A DNA stretch of 64,000 nucleotides, from assembly GCA_018669005.1 (NCBI GenBank), contig JABJAL010000020.1:3117-67116 (forward strand), given 5' to 3'. This stretch comes from Nitrospinaceae bacterium. GTDB lineage: Bacteria > UBA8248. The notes under the pieces were generated by a model, which made no database searches, had not been told where the DNA came from, and saw only the letters and a program-made list of their open reading frames with translations. A program made the translations under genes and the position numbers. The first letter of the stretch is position 1. Every line of letters starts with the position of its first letter. This document shows positions 1 to 8,640 of the stretch, piece after piece.

Positions 1-12
1 TAAAAAAAAACG

Positions 13-1668
13 CTATCGCGGTATCACCATCACATCGAGACTGGAGGCATCCCGGCCCTCAAGGACGGTGTTCTCCGCCCGAATAAGCAGGGTGTCATGA
101 AAGTTCCTTCTTTCGGCCGCCGAGGCGCAACTTGAAATCTCAAGCCGCAGCCTGTGGCCCGGCTGAAATACATTGCAGGTAGGAACGAGGCCGATCTCGA
201 ATACTTCCTCGGCTCCCGGTGTAAGGGACTTGGGGTTCGTGTGCGGGTGAAAGGGTCGACCCGGTTTTGAGCGCTCCGCGTCCAGCGCCCGGTGGGAGGC
301 GCGAAGCCAGCCGCTCGTTAAAATTCGAAAATCCCCATCCGGCCCCTCGTCTGCAAACGAGACGAGCCAATCGGTGTCCTCAGCAGAGGAGCGGGCCACA
401 AGCCGGAGCGAGAGCGGACCCGTGATTTCAAGCGGGGCGTCCACGGGCCCCGAGCGATAAACCAACCGAGGTTTGCCATATCGCCAGCCCTCGCCCAGGG
501 GATCGTTTACATAGCTTCGCTCTCCGCCGCCATCAGGAGACTCGGACAGCGTGCCCTCAAGTCCGCCCGCCGGGCCGCCAAGATGGAATCTGCGCCACTG
601 CCCCCGCGCGATGGGCCAGGTATCCTCGCCCCGCCAGCGCTCCTCGCCCTGAATGTAGAGCTGAATGGGCGGGCCCTCCATCACCCCGGTGTCCATGCCT
701 TTGAGCCATTGATCGTACCAGCGCAGTGCCTCCTCGTGGTAGGCGCTGAACGGTCGCCAGGGCCGGGGCCGGGGGCCGACAAGCATCTTCTTGGGGATGT
801 CCCCCACTCCCTCCCAGCCGTCGAACACGCCCGGCAGGTGGAGCCACCAGAAATCCCAGTCGCAGCCGAAATAGGTAGGAATCTTGATTTTATCAAGATC
901 ATAGAAGGGCGAGCGCGTCTTGTAGTAATCGCTGTCCAGCGGGCGCTCGAAACATATGCCCTCGCGGATCATCTTGTTGATGCCCGAGGGATCGGCCACC
1001 CGCTCGCCGCCGAGGTTTAGGTTCGCCACCGAGGAGAACCAGTTCCACATGAACCCGCTATAGGGGATCCCCCCGTGATAATTTCGGTTGCGATAGAGAT
1101 CGGTGAAAGCGTCATAGGGAAAGATCGCTTTGAGCGCATCGGGCTGATGCGTGGCTGCCAGCACCTGAGATTCTGCAAAATACGAGCAGCCCATCATACC
1201 GACCGAACCGTTTGACCAGGGCTGGGCAGCCGCCCATTCAATCAGATCGACATAATCGGCCTGCTCTTTTTCTCCCTTGTCGTCATAGCTTCCCCCGGAA
1301 TCGTTGGTGCCCCGAACGTCCACGATGAGGTGAACATATCCGCGGGGAACCCAGAACTGGGTGATGCCCGCCTCGTTTTGATTGAGCAGCACGTCGGTGA
1401 GCTGAAGCCCTCTCGTGTAGGGCGAGAGCGAAAGCAGAACGGGGAATTTTTGCCCCGAGCTGCGGGGGCGGTAAACGTCCGCCGCAAGATGAACGCCGTC
1501 GCGCATCGGAATGAGCAGGTCCATATCCGAGGTGATGGCATGGCGGGGCTCTGAGCGCTCTCTAACCTTGGGCGGCTCATCATAGGGCCATTGCGGCCAC
1601 GCGGCGGGATGTACCGTGCGGATACGATCAGGATCAACATCGGGCTCAATATTTCGGCTCATCGGCAC
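13..1668 (-). CDS. CocE/NonD family hydrolase (S15 X-Pro dipeptidyl-peptidase-like alpha/beta hydrolase)
   Basis: 551-aa ORF. The nucleophile-elbow motif GCSYFAESQ (G-x-S-x-G-like) and overall similarity pattern match the CocE/NonD family; the C-terminal part resembles a beta-sandwich domain. Confidence 0.8.
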   Translation of the reverse strand: MPMSRNIEPDVDPDRIRTVHPAAWPQWPYDEPPKVRERSEPRHAITSDMDLLIPMRDGVHLAADVYRPRSSGQKFPVLLSLSPYTRGLQLTDVLLNQNEAGITQFWVPRGYVHLIVDVRGTNDSGGSYDDKGEKEQADYVDLIEWAAAQPWSNGSVGMMGCSYFAESQVLAATHQPDALKAIFPYDAFTDLYRNRNYHGGIPYSGFMWNWFSSVANLNLGGERVADPSGINKMIREGICFERPLDSDYYKTRSPFYDLDKIKIPTYFGCDWDFWWLHLPGVFDGWEGVGDIPKKMLVGPRPRPWRPFSAYHEEALRWYDQWLKGMDTGVMEGPPIQLYIQGEERWRGEDTWPIARGQWRRFHLGGPAGGLEGTLSESPDGGGERSYVNDPLGEGWRYGKPRLVYRSGPVDAPLEITGPLSLRLVARSSAEDTDWLVSFADEGPDGDFRILTSGWLRASHRALDAERSKPGRPFHPHTNPKSLTPGAEEVFEIGLVPTCNVFQPGHRLRLEISSCASAAERRNFHDTLLIRAENTVLEGRDASSLDVMVIPR

Positions 1669-1707
1669 AGACCTCCCATTTGCCTAAATAAATCAGCATG
1701 CACCCTG

Positions 1708-2022
1708 CTAATTCATCTCCATCATTTGAGAAACACGCATTGTCCCGCCATTTTCCAAAAACGGATCTGATTTAGCTATTTCAATGGCAGCTTCAATGCT
1801 TTCTGCCTTAACAACCGCAAATCCTTTCATCGAATTTGGATCGTTATCATCTTCAACACTCCTTGATGTTACAATTTTTGAAACTGGCAGCGGTGTACCT
1901 GGATTAACGATAGTTTCACCAAGACCTGCTACCCATGCTTTCCATTTTTCCATTTGGGCCATGCCCTCTTCTTGTGAGCTTGGCTGGCTTCCTCCGTGAT
2001 AAGCAATCATGAAATTTGGCAT
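1708..2022 (-). CDS. YciI-like (YCII-related) small protein
   Basis: 104 aa, with the typical YciI fold signature (ferredoxin-like, ~100 aa, sequence resembling 'MFMIAYHGG...AESIEAAIEIAKSDPF'). Confidence 0.65.
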   Translation of the reverse strand: MPNFMIAYHGGSQPSSQEEGMAQMEKWKAWVAGLGETIVNPGTPLPVSKIVTSRSVEDDNDPNSMKGFAVVKAESIEAAIEIAKSDPFLENGGTMRVSQMMEMN

Positions 2023-2071
2023 CTTTCCTCCATTTTTTTAACATGGTTAATCCGGCGCTTAATTCGCCGTC

Positions 2072-3088
2072 CTACTCCCCCTCCCGGACCTTGGGCAGCA
2101 CGTCCTCGGCCAGAATATGCATCGTGTCGAGCACCAGGCTCTGCGGCATGCCCGGCCACTGAATGCTCATGATGAGATGATTCACGCCAAGCCCTTTAGA
2201 CAGCGACAAAATCTGCTCGGCCACCTCGTCCGGCGAGCCCAGCACGAAGCGGTCGCGGAGAAGCTCGTCGAATTCGAGACCGAGATTGTTGTCCCCCTCG
2301 GGCATAGCCTTGTCCTGGCCCCATTGGTGATAGGACTTGTATTTGATTTCGAGATAGGGCCGACAGATGCGAATGGCCTCCTCGCGCGAGGCAGCGACGA
2401 ATACCTCCCGGCGCATGGGAAGCTCCTCGGGAAACGGCTTGCCGAGTTCATCGAGCGCCTGCTTGTAGACGTCCATCTGCCGGAAGGTCGTGTCGAGACG
2501 ATTGTGCGGGTTGATGTACCAGCAGTCACCCAATTGGGCGGCGCGGCGAATGCCTGGGTCGCTGTTCGCACCAATCCATATCGGAGGGTGGGGCTTTTGA
2601 TGCGGCTTCAATGGGCACGAGGCCTCTAGCAACTCGAAATGAGACGCCTTCATCGATACTTTTTCCTCGGTCCAGAGCCGCTTGATGGCCTCTAAATTTT
2701 CGATAAAGCGCTGGACACGCTCGCCCTGCGTGCTCCCGAAGGCCCGGAACTCGACCTCGCGGTAGCCAAGGCCCGCCCCGAAAATAACCCTTCCTCCCGA
2801 CATCACATCCATCGAGGCGAGTTGTTCAGCCAAGTCGAGTGGCTTGTGGAGCGAGAGAAGGACGATCCCCGCGTTGAGGCGCACATTTGGTGCCTCGGCA
2901 GAAACACGGGTCAGAAAGGGGAGTTGCTGGAAATCCTGAAGCGGGTAGGCGCTGTAGTGCGAGCCCTTGGTGATTGAGGCATAACCCAATTTATCGGCAA
3001 CGCGCGCCTGCTCCATCAACTCCATAAAGCGCGCGCCCATGTCTTCACCCTGCTCGAACTGGCCGCGCAACATGAGACCAAATTCCAT
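2072..3088 (-). CDS. LLM class flavin-dependent oxidoreductase (luciferase-like monooxygenase)
   Basis: The ORF 2072..3154 was trimmed to the MEFGLMLRG start. It is a TIM-barrel luciferase-like family protein of ~338 aa. Confidence 0.8.
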   Translation of the reverse strand: MEFGLMLRGQFEQGEDMGARFMELMEQARVADKLGYASITKGSHYSAYPLQDFQQLPFLTRVSAEAPNVRLNAGIVLLSLHKPLDLAEQLASMDVMSGGRVIFGAGLGYREVEFRAFGSTQGERVQRFIENLEAIKRLWTEEKVSMKASHFELLEASCPLKPHQKPHPPIWIGANSDPGIRRAAQLGDCWYINPHNRLDTTFRQMDVYKQALDELGKPFPEELPMRREVFVAASREEAIRICRPYLEIKYKSYHQWGQDKAMPEGDNNLGLEFDELLRDRFVLGSPDEVAEQILSLSKGLGVNHLIMSIQWPGMPQSLVLDTMHILAEDVLPKVREGE

Positions 3089-3324
3089 AGCCCGCCTCCC
3101 TTCGCTGGGCGGGCCCGAAGATGTCCACCCTGGGCTTCCGCCTAAAATCCGCAACCCACATGAATCATTTTGAATGTAGCCATACTACAGGAAACCTCGG
3201 CATCCGCGCCATGCGGCGAGAGGAAGCAATGAGTGCGAATTGGCGTCAATCCCGCATGCAACCAGCAATATTTTTTGTACCAGAGTCGATGCGAGAAAGG
3301 GGGTGACCAGCAGAGAAAGGGGAG

Positions 3325-5193
3325 CTATTTCACTTCGATTTTCACAACGTGGGTCGAGAAATCACTGAATATTTCACGCCAGGTAAGTTTCTTCTTTGGT
3401 TCATTTTTAGCGATAATCTTGGACATAAGATGGGCCTTGCCGAGGGCGGTAGAGGCGGCGGATATTATCGAACCAAAATACACGTGTTTCGATTTCGGGC
3501 CATTTCGCCTGTTTCGTGAAATGCCAATGAGATGGCCAAAATCATCGATAATGGGCCCCCCGCCACTCGGCCCTTCGATGGGCGCAGTGACAGTGAAGCT
3601 AGATGCCATCATGTCGAGTCCGCTAATGGATGCGATGTCACCCGAGAGGATGCTGACCTTCGTCTCCACGGGAAACCCGATGGCGTGGACCCGCATGCCG
3701 GGTCGGGCCTTGGTGTCGGGATCTATGTGAAATCCCTTTTTTTCAGGGCCAAATTTCTCAAGCATCACTATGGCAATGTTGTTTTTCTGATCGCTCGCAA
3801 CAATTTCGCCTGAGAATGATTTCCCGCTGGGATAAATAGCGCGTATGTTCTTTGCCCCTATCACGAAATTCAGATTCGTCATTATGTGCGCCGTGCCTCC
3901 GAGATAGTATCCCAAGCCAGCAAAGCGCCATCCCGCCATTGTAGAAACATGTTCCCCCGCCCCTTTTTTGAGGGTGCCTAACCCTTCAACCGACTTTTTA
4001 TGGATCCACCCAATTTCTTTGCCACTCTCGGACACCTGAAGCCAGCCCCCGGGAATTGTGCCAACCACATGAATATTCTCACCCAGAGTACTGCGTTTTA
4101 GAGCACGGCCCGATTTTTCGGGTATGTCATATATTGCCGCCTCTTCAACAACACGATAGTCCTTATCTTCTTTTCGAATTTTTCCAAAAAGGGATTTCAT
4201 TCTGTCTGCTTGAATTTTTCGCGAGATGATGCGGGATATCTCAATATGATTACGTTTTAGAGCAACGATGAGAGCCGTTTCGCCAAATACGTTTTTGCTG
4301 AACAAATTGGCACCTGCGGCGACAAGCGCCTTGACGATTTCGATGGACTCCTTTTTATTGTGGTCAAGCCAATCGGAAACGGCAACGAGTAGAGCCGTGT
4401 CTCCGTCAAATTTTTTCGCATTCACATCGGCGCCCGCCCGGATGAGGGCCAGCGTTATCTCGGCGCGCCTTTGAGCAACCGCTCGAAGGAGCGGCGTGTC
4501 TTCGTTTTCGGTTTTCGCATTCAAATCGGCCCCGGCCTCAACCTGGGCGTTTACCGCTTTAATGTTATTATTATGAATTGCCAAAAAGAGAGGTGTATTA
4601 CCGGATGCGTCCCGCGTGCCCAGGTCCGCCCCCGCCTTGATGAGCATCTGCATGATCAATTGGTTCTTGCCTGTAATTGCCCGGCTCAGGGCGGTAGCGC
4701 CGCTCTTGCCCTTTGCATTGATATCAGCCCCGCCGTCTATCAATGTTTTCGCCATTTCGACATTGCCCTCCTGGACAACGCGAATAAGAGCCGTGTGGCC
4801 CTCTTCATTTCTGATGTTTAAGTCGGCACCTGCTTTTATCAGGAGGTTGGCAATTTCGCTGTCATCGTTTCGAACCGCCCAAATCAGAGCGGTGTCCCCA
4901 AGATCGGTTTTTTGATTGAGGTCGGCATTAGCTTTGATGAGTGCTTTAACAATTGAAGCATGTTTTTTATGCGCCGCCCAGATTAAAGGGGTAAAGTTGT
5001 CCTTGTCTTTTACATTCAAATCCGCCCCGGCCTGAATAAGAATATTAACGGCCTGAAGTTTGCCCCCCTGGGCGGCATCTATCAGGACGGATCTGGCGCT
5101 TCCACCACACCCGGCGACGAGACCGCAAATGAGAAATAAGCAAACAAAAAGCACAGAGGTTCGTTGCTTGCGAAATGAAACTAATGTTCTCAT
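3325..5193 (-). CDS. Lipoprotein with N-terminal ankyrin-repeat array and C-terminal trypsin-like (S1C/DegP-like) peptidase domain
   Basis: The signal peptide and lipobox are FLICGLVAGC. At least 8 ankyrin repeats match the consensus (TPLIWAA..G..ivkaLIkaGADLN). The C-terminus has a GTAHIM...GPSGGGPII serine-protease signature. An RBS AGGAG lies 5 nt upstream of the second ATG (5193). GC is ~45 %. Confidence 0.7.
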   Translation of the reverse strand: MRTLVSFRKQRTSVLFVCLFLICGLVAGCGGSARSVLIDAAQGGKLQAVNILIQAGADLNVKDKDNFTPLIWAAHKKHASIVKALIKANADLNQKTDLGDTALIWAVRNDDSEIANLLIKAGADLNIRNEEGHTALIRVVQEGNVEMAKTLIDGGADINAKGKSGATALSRAITGKNQLIMQMLIKAGADLGTRDASGNTPLFLAIHNNNIKAVNAQVEAGADLNAKTENEDTPLLRAVAQRRAEITLALIRAGADVNAKKFDGDTALLVAVSDWLDHNKKESIEIVKALVAAGANLFSKNVFGETALIVALKRNHIEISRIISRKIQADRMKSLFGKIRKEDKDYRVVEEAAIYDIPEKSGRALKRSTLGENIHVVGTIPGGWLQVSESGKEIGWIHKKSVEGLGTLKKGAGEHVSTMAGWRFAGLGYYLGGTAHIMTNLNFVIGAKNIRAIYPSGKSFSGEIVASDQKNNIAIVMLEKFGPEKKGFHIDPDTKARPGMRVHAIGFPVETKVSILSGDIASISGLDMMASSFTVTAPIEGPSGGGPIIDDFGHLIGISRNRRNGPKSKHVYFGSIISAASTALGKAHLMSKIIAKNEPKKKLTWREIFSDFSTHVVKIEVK

Positions 5194-5480
5194 TTGTTCT
5201 CCTTTCATAAGAAAATAAATATATCATCGGATAAAAGAGATGCCCACTCCATCAGGATGACCTCTCGCTCTCAGGATAGGCGGGGAAAAGGCAAATCCAA
5301 ATAAATTTCAATCACCAAGACTCTGGAAATTCGAGTTTACAGGATGTAACTTTAAGAAAGGCGATCTATAATTTGCCATAGGCAGTTTTTCCGGGTGCCC
5401 TCCCCATCTGCCAAATTATTCGATATGGGCCGCCATCCTGGGGAAAAAGTAAAAAGGAGCATTTCGTGCATATACAAAAA

Positions 5481-5936
5481 ATGAAATGGTGGATGATTCT
5501 ATTAGGCGCAATCATCGTCGGCAGCATCACCTTTTTGGGGAGTCCGTCAAATTCCACGGGCAATGAGATTACAGTTTACAAGAGCCCAACGTGAGGATGC
5601 TGTTCGGGGTGGGTGGGTCACCTACAATCAAAAGGCTTCAAAGTCACGACAAACAACGTTTCCAATAAACAGCTCAGAGTCCTCAAACAGGAGCTTGGGG
5701 TCCCCTCTCGACTGCAATCATGCCACACCGGGATGATCGGCAAATACATTATCGAGGGACATGTGCCGGGCGATGTCATTCTCAAATTCTTGAAGGAAAA
5801 ACCCGAGTTCGCTGGCCTTGGGGTGCCCGGCATGCCGCCCGGCTCGCCGGGGATGGGGAGCAAAGGCCGGCCCTATACCGTATTCAGTTTTGATAAAATT
5901 GGCGGTGTTAAGCCCTACCAGCAGATAAATCCCTAG
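5481..5936 (+). CDS. copG: CopG/DUF411 copper-binding protein with in-frame TGA (candidate selenocysteine) at 5592..5594
   Basis: ATG 5481 (alternative GTG 5466 with AGGAGC 5 nt upstream) is in frame through TGA 5592-5594 with the ORF 5613..5936. The translation MKWWMILLGAIIVGSITFLGS...ITVYKSPT-U-GCCSGWVGHL...SCHTG...EGHVP...GVPGMPPGSPGM matches DUF411/CopG. The conserved columns are VYKSPTCGCCxxW, SCHT, EGHVP and PGMPxGSPGM. The TGA sits on Cys1 of CxCC. Confidence 0.55.
5592..5594 (+). other. In-frame UGA codon, putative Sec codon of CopG
   Basis: It is in frame with the upstream ATG/GTG and the downstream ORF, and its position equals the first Cys of the CopG CxCC motif. Confidence 0.5.
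5609..5625 (+). other. Candidate bacterial SECIS hairpin (7-bp stem, apical GGU/GGGUC loop) starting 15 nt after UGA
   Basis: GUGGGUG-GGU-CACCUAC forms the pairs G5609-C5625, U-A, G-U, G-C, G-C, U-A and G-C. The apical loop contains G and U 22-24 nt downstream of the UGA. Confidence 0.4.
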
Positions 5937-5946
5937 TGACGGGCCC

Positions 5947-6642
5947 TTAGATTCCCTTGAAGCGCTTGTAGGCCACCGGAATCAGAGACAACACACCGAG
6001 CCCCACGAGGGCGGTGACAATCTCGGGCGTCATGATCCCCGAAAGAGAGAATTCGCCTCCCCCATCGAAGATGCTCCCGAGTCCCGCACCCACCGAGGCG
6101 AAGACAAAGGTGCCGGGGATGACCCCGACAAAGGTTCCGATAACATAGGTTGAGAGCCGTACCCCCAAAAAAGCGGGGACCAGGTTCACCACGAAAAACG
6201 GAAAAATCGGCACGAGCCTCAACACGAGCAGATAGCTCAGCGCGTCGCGCTGGAAACCGGCCTCCATTTTTTTCAGCCAGGGCCCCGCCTTCGCACGCAG
6301 AAAATCACCCAACACCGTTTTCGCGATGATGAAAAGAATCGTCGCCCCGACCGTCGCACCCACAACGATATAGAGCGTCCCCCAAAGGGCGCCGAAGAGA
6401 AATCCCCCGGAGATACTCATCACCAGCCCGCCGGGAATGGAAAAAGCGACGACAGCCGCGTAGAGAACCATGTACGCAACCGCCGCCGCAAAACCGTAGG
6501 CCTCGACCAGCCCGATGAGCAAAAAGCGATTCTCGCGCAACGCCCCAAAGCTCAGGTAGCGATCAAGCCCGAGCGCGAAAAAAGCGCCCAGCCCTGCCGC
6601 CAAAACCACTAGCGGCGCAAAGCGTTTTAAAAATTCCGGCAT
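5947..6642 (-). CDS. TVP38/TMEM64 (DedA-related, SNARE-associated) family membrane protein
   Basis: Multiple TM helices and a family-typical glycine-rich re-entrant region (GGFLFGALWGTLYIVVGATVGA). The start was chosen at MPEFLKRF. Confidence 0.7.
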   Translation of the reverse strand: MPEFLKRFAPLVVLAAGLGAFFALGLDRYLSFGALRENRFLLIGLVEAYGFAAAVAYMVLYAAVVAFSIPGGLVMSISGGFLFGALWGTLYIVVGATVGATILFIIAKTVLGDFLRAKAGPWLKKMEAGFQRDALSYLLVLRLVPIFPFFVVNLVPAFLGVRLSTYVIGTFVGVIPGTFVFASVGAGLGSIFDGGGEFSLSGIMTPEIVTALVGLGVLSLIPVAYKRFKGI

Positions 6643-6649
6643 AATTCCT

Positions 6650-7180
6650 TTATCCCCTCGCCACTTGTTCGGATACACCTGGAGCTTTAGCGACCAACTC
6701 GCCGCCGCCATCGTCTTTAGAATAAAACGCCGCTCCCGTATCTATCGCCCATACGATGACAAAAAATAACAGATGATTCCAGAGCGGATGGCCACTCGCC
6801 GGATTCAGCGGCCAGAGTTTCGCAGGAAATCCCTTGGCGGCAAGAATGCTTATGGTGATCTGAATGGCGGGCGCGGCGATAAGCGTTGTCAGCCAACCCA
6901 GAACCAGCGCCGCCGCGAGCAAAAGCGTACGATTCAAAACAAAATGGCGAGGCAATAGATAGACGGAAATAAGGGCCAACAAAAATGCATAAGACAACCC
7001 AACCCCGAGATGCACCCCCCAACCGAACACAGCAGGCGGAAGTGAATACCCACCCTGACGGACTATCTGCGCTCCGATAAAATTTGTAATTGTGGTGCCT
7101 TGAAAATTCACCTGGTAAACCCAAAAAAGAACGGCGCCCAGAACGCCCCCGGCGATTCCCGTGATCAAAATTCTTTTCAT
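6650..7180 (-). CDS. Hypothetical integral membrane protein
   Basis: A 176-aa hydrophobic protein with a start at MKRIL and a GGAGGAGAG RBS. It is translationally coupled (8-nt gap) to the downstream TVP38 gene. Confidence 0.5.
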   Translation of the reverse strand: MKRILITGIAGGVLGAVLFWVYQVNFQGTTITNFIGAQIVRQGGYSLPPAVFGWGVHLGVGLSYAFLLALISVYLLPRHFVLNRTLLLAAALVLGWLTTLIAAPAIQITISILAAKGFPAKLWPLNPASGHPLWNHLLFFVIVWAIDTGAAFYSKDDGGGELVAKAPGVSEQVARG

Positions 7181-7528
7181 GTGCAACTCTCCTCCAATAA
7201 TTGATTGCCTCGCCCTCATCGCCCATTTGCGGCGAGACATCACACCGGCGGCTATTACCATAACAAGCGTAAAGCGGATTCATTTGCATAAAATCTGCAC
7301 AAACTCCTTGAAGGTGGCACCGAAACCACCATATATCATTGAATATATATTAATTACGTCTTTATATTATTTTTTCATAAAGATGCGCAGCCAGGGGCGA
7401 AAAAGGGGGGCATGGCCTATAATCACCCCATCATTCGTTCAAACATTTTTTAAAATTTTCGGGGTCTTCAGATGGTACATATCTCAAAAAACGTCCAGAG
7501 CGTTGCCGGCGGCGAGCGGGCCAAATAT

Positions 7529-8617
7529 ATGACCACGCACCGCCCACCCGACATGGTCCGCCTCGAATCGGGCACACCTAACTTCCCCACCCCGCCGCAC
7601 ATCAATGAGGCGGCCAAGCAAGCTCTCGACGACGGCTTCACCTTCTACGCCCCCGGCTACGGGGACCCCGAGTTCCTCAAATCCGTCTGCGAGAAAATGT
7701 ACGCAGAGACGGGAGCGGAATACACGCCTAAAGATGTATTCGCCACCAACGGCGCAAGCTCAGGGATTTACACCGTAATGACAGCCTTCCTCGACCCGGG
7801 GGATGAGGCCATCTTCATGGACCCGACCTTCTCGCTTTATCTTCACGTTGTTCGCCAGCTCGGGGCCAAGCCCGTCCTCGTGCCCCACAACGCCGAATAC
7901 CAGCTCGATGTCGAGGCCGTGCGCGCCGCCATAACGGATAGAACGCGCCTCGTGCTCATCTGCAACCCGAACAACCCGACCGGCGTCGTCTACAAAAGAG
8001 AAGACCTTGCCGCTCTCGTCGAGCTATGCGCCGAAAAGGATATTCTCCTTGTATCGGATGAGGCCTATGAGAAAATCCTTCAGCCGGGCTACGAGCATGT
8101 GCCCCTTCTCTCGTTCACCGAGCACAAGGAGCGCCTCATCCTCCTCAATACGCTCTCGAAAACCTACTCGATGACCGGCTGGCGGGTGGGCTACATCGTC
8201 ACGCCGCCGGAGCTCACCTCGCTTCTTTTCGGCATCCATCGCTCGATCAACGGACCAATCTGCTCATTCGGCCAGCGCGCCGGGGCCGCCGCCCTCCGGG
8301 GCTCGCAGCAGTGCGTCGCCGACATGGCCACCGAATACTTCAAGCGCGGCAGCCTCATGCACAAAATGGCGCTGGATATCCCGGGCATGATCCCCGTCAC
8401 CCCACAGGGCGGTTTTTATCTTTGGGTGCGCTATGAATTCCCCCTCACCTCAAAAGAGGTGGCCCAGCTCGTCTGGGATGCGAACGTCGCCCTGCGAAGC
8501 GGCTCGGAATTTGGCGCCACAGGCGAGAACCATCTTCGCTTCACCTACTCGGTGGACGAGTCCACTATCGAGGAAGGGATGCGCATAGTCGGCGAAGTGT
8601 TCAAACAGCTGGGCTGA
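7529..8617 (+). CDS. Class I/II pyridoxal-phosphate-dependent aminotransferase (aspartate-aminotransferase-like)
   Basis: The conserved PLP-lysine region is SKTYSMTGWRVGY, with N-terminal substrate-binding motifs. The start is probably MTTHRPP. Confidence 0.8.
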   Translation: MTTHRPPDMVRLESGTPNFPTPPHINEAAKQALDDGFTFYAPGYGDPEFLKSVCEKMYAETGAEYTPKDVFATNGASSGIYTVMTAFLDPGDEAIFMDPTFSLYLHVVRQLGAKPVLVPHNAEYQLDVEAVRAAITDRTRLVLICNPNNPTGVVYKREDLAALVELCAEKDILLVSDEAYEKILQPGYEHVPLLSFTEHKERLILLNTLSKTYSMTGWRVGYIVTPPELTSLLFGIHRSINGPICSFGQRAGAAALRGSQQCVADMATEYFKRGSLMHKMALDIPGMIPVTPQGGFYLWVRYEFPLTSKEVAQLVWDANVALRSGSEFGATGENHLRFTYSVDESTIEEGMRIVGEVFKQLG

Positions 8618-8640
8618 CGATTAGCTTTACGGAGGAATCC

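Noticed and set aside
583-1649. Several 70-145-aa ORFs overlapping the CocE/NonD gene on both strands
   Set aside because: They are antisense or alternate-frame ORFs typical of high-GC DNA. The 551-aa frame has the hydrolase motifs.
2117-2629. 170-aa plus-strand ORF
   Set aside because: It is antisense to the LLM oxidoreductase and has no motifs.
5613-5936. Stand-alone 107-aa ORF starting at GTG 5613
   Set aside because: The frame is open upstream through a single TGA to an ATG or GTG that has an RBS. The upstream segment supplies the signal peptide and the conserved VYKSPT motif of CopG. A start at 5613 would delete the CxCC metal site.
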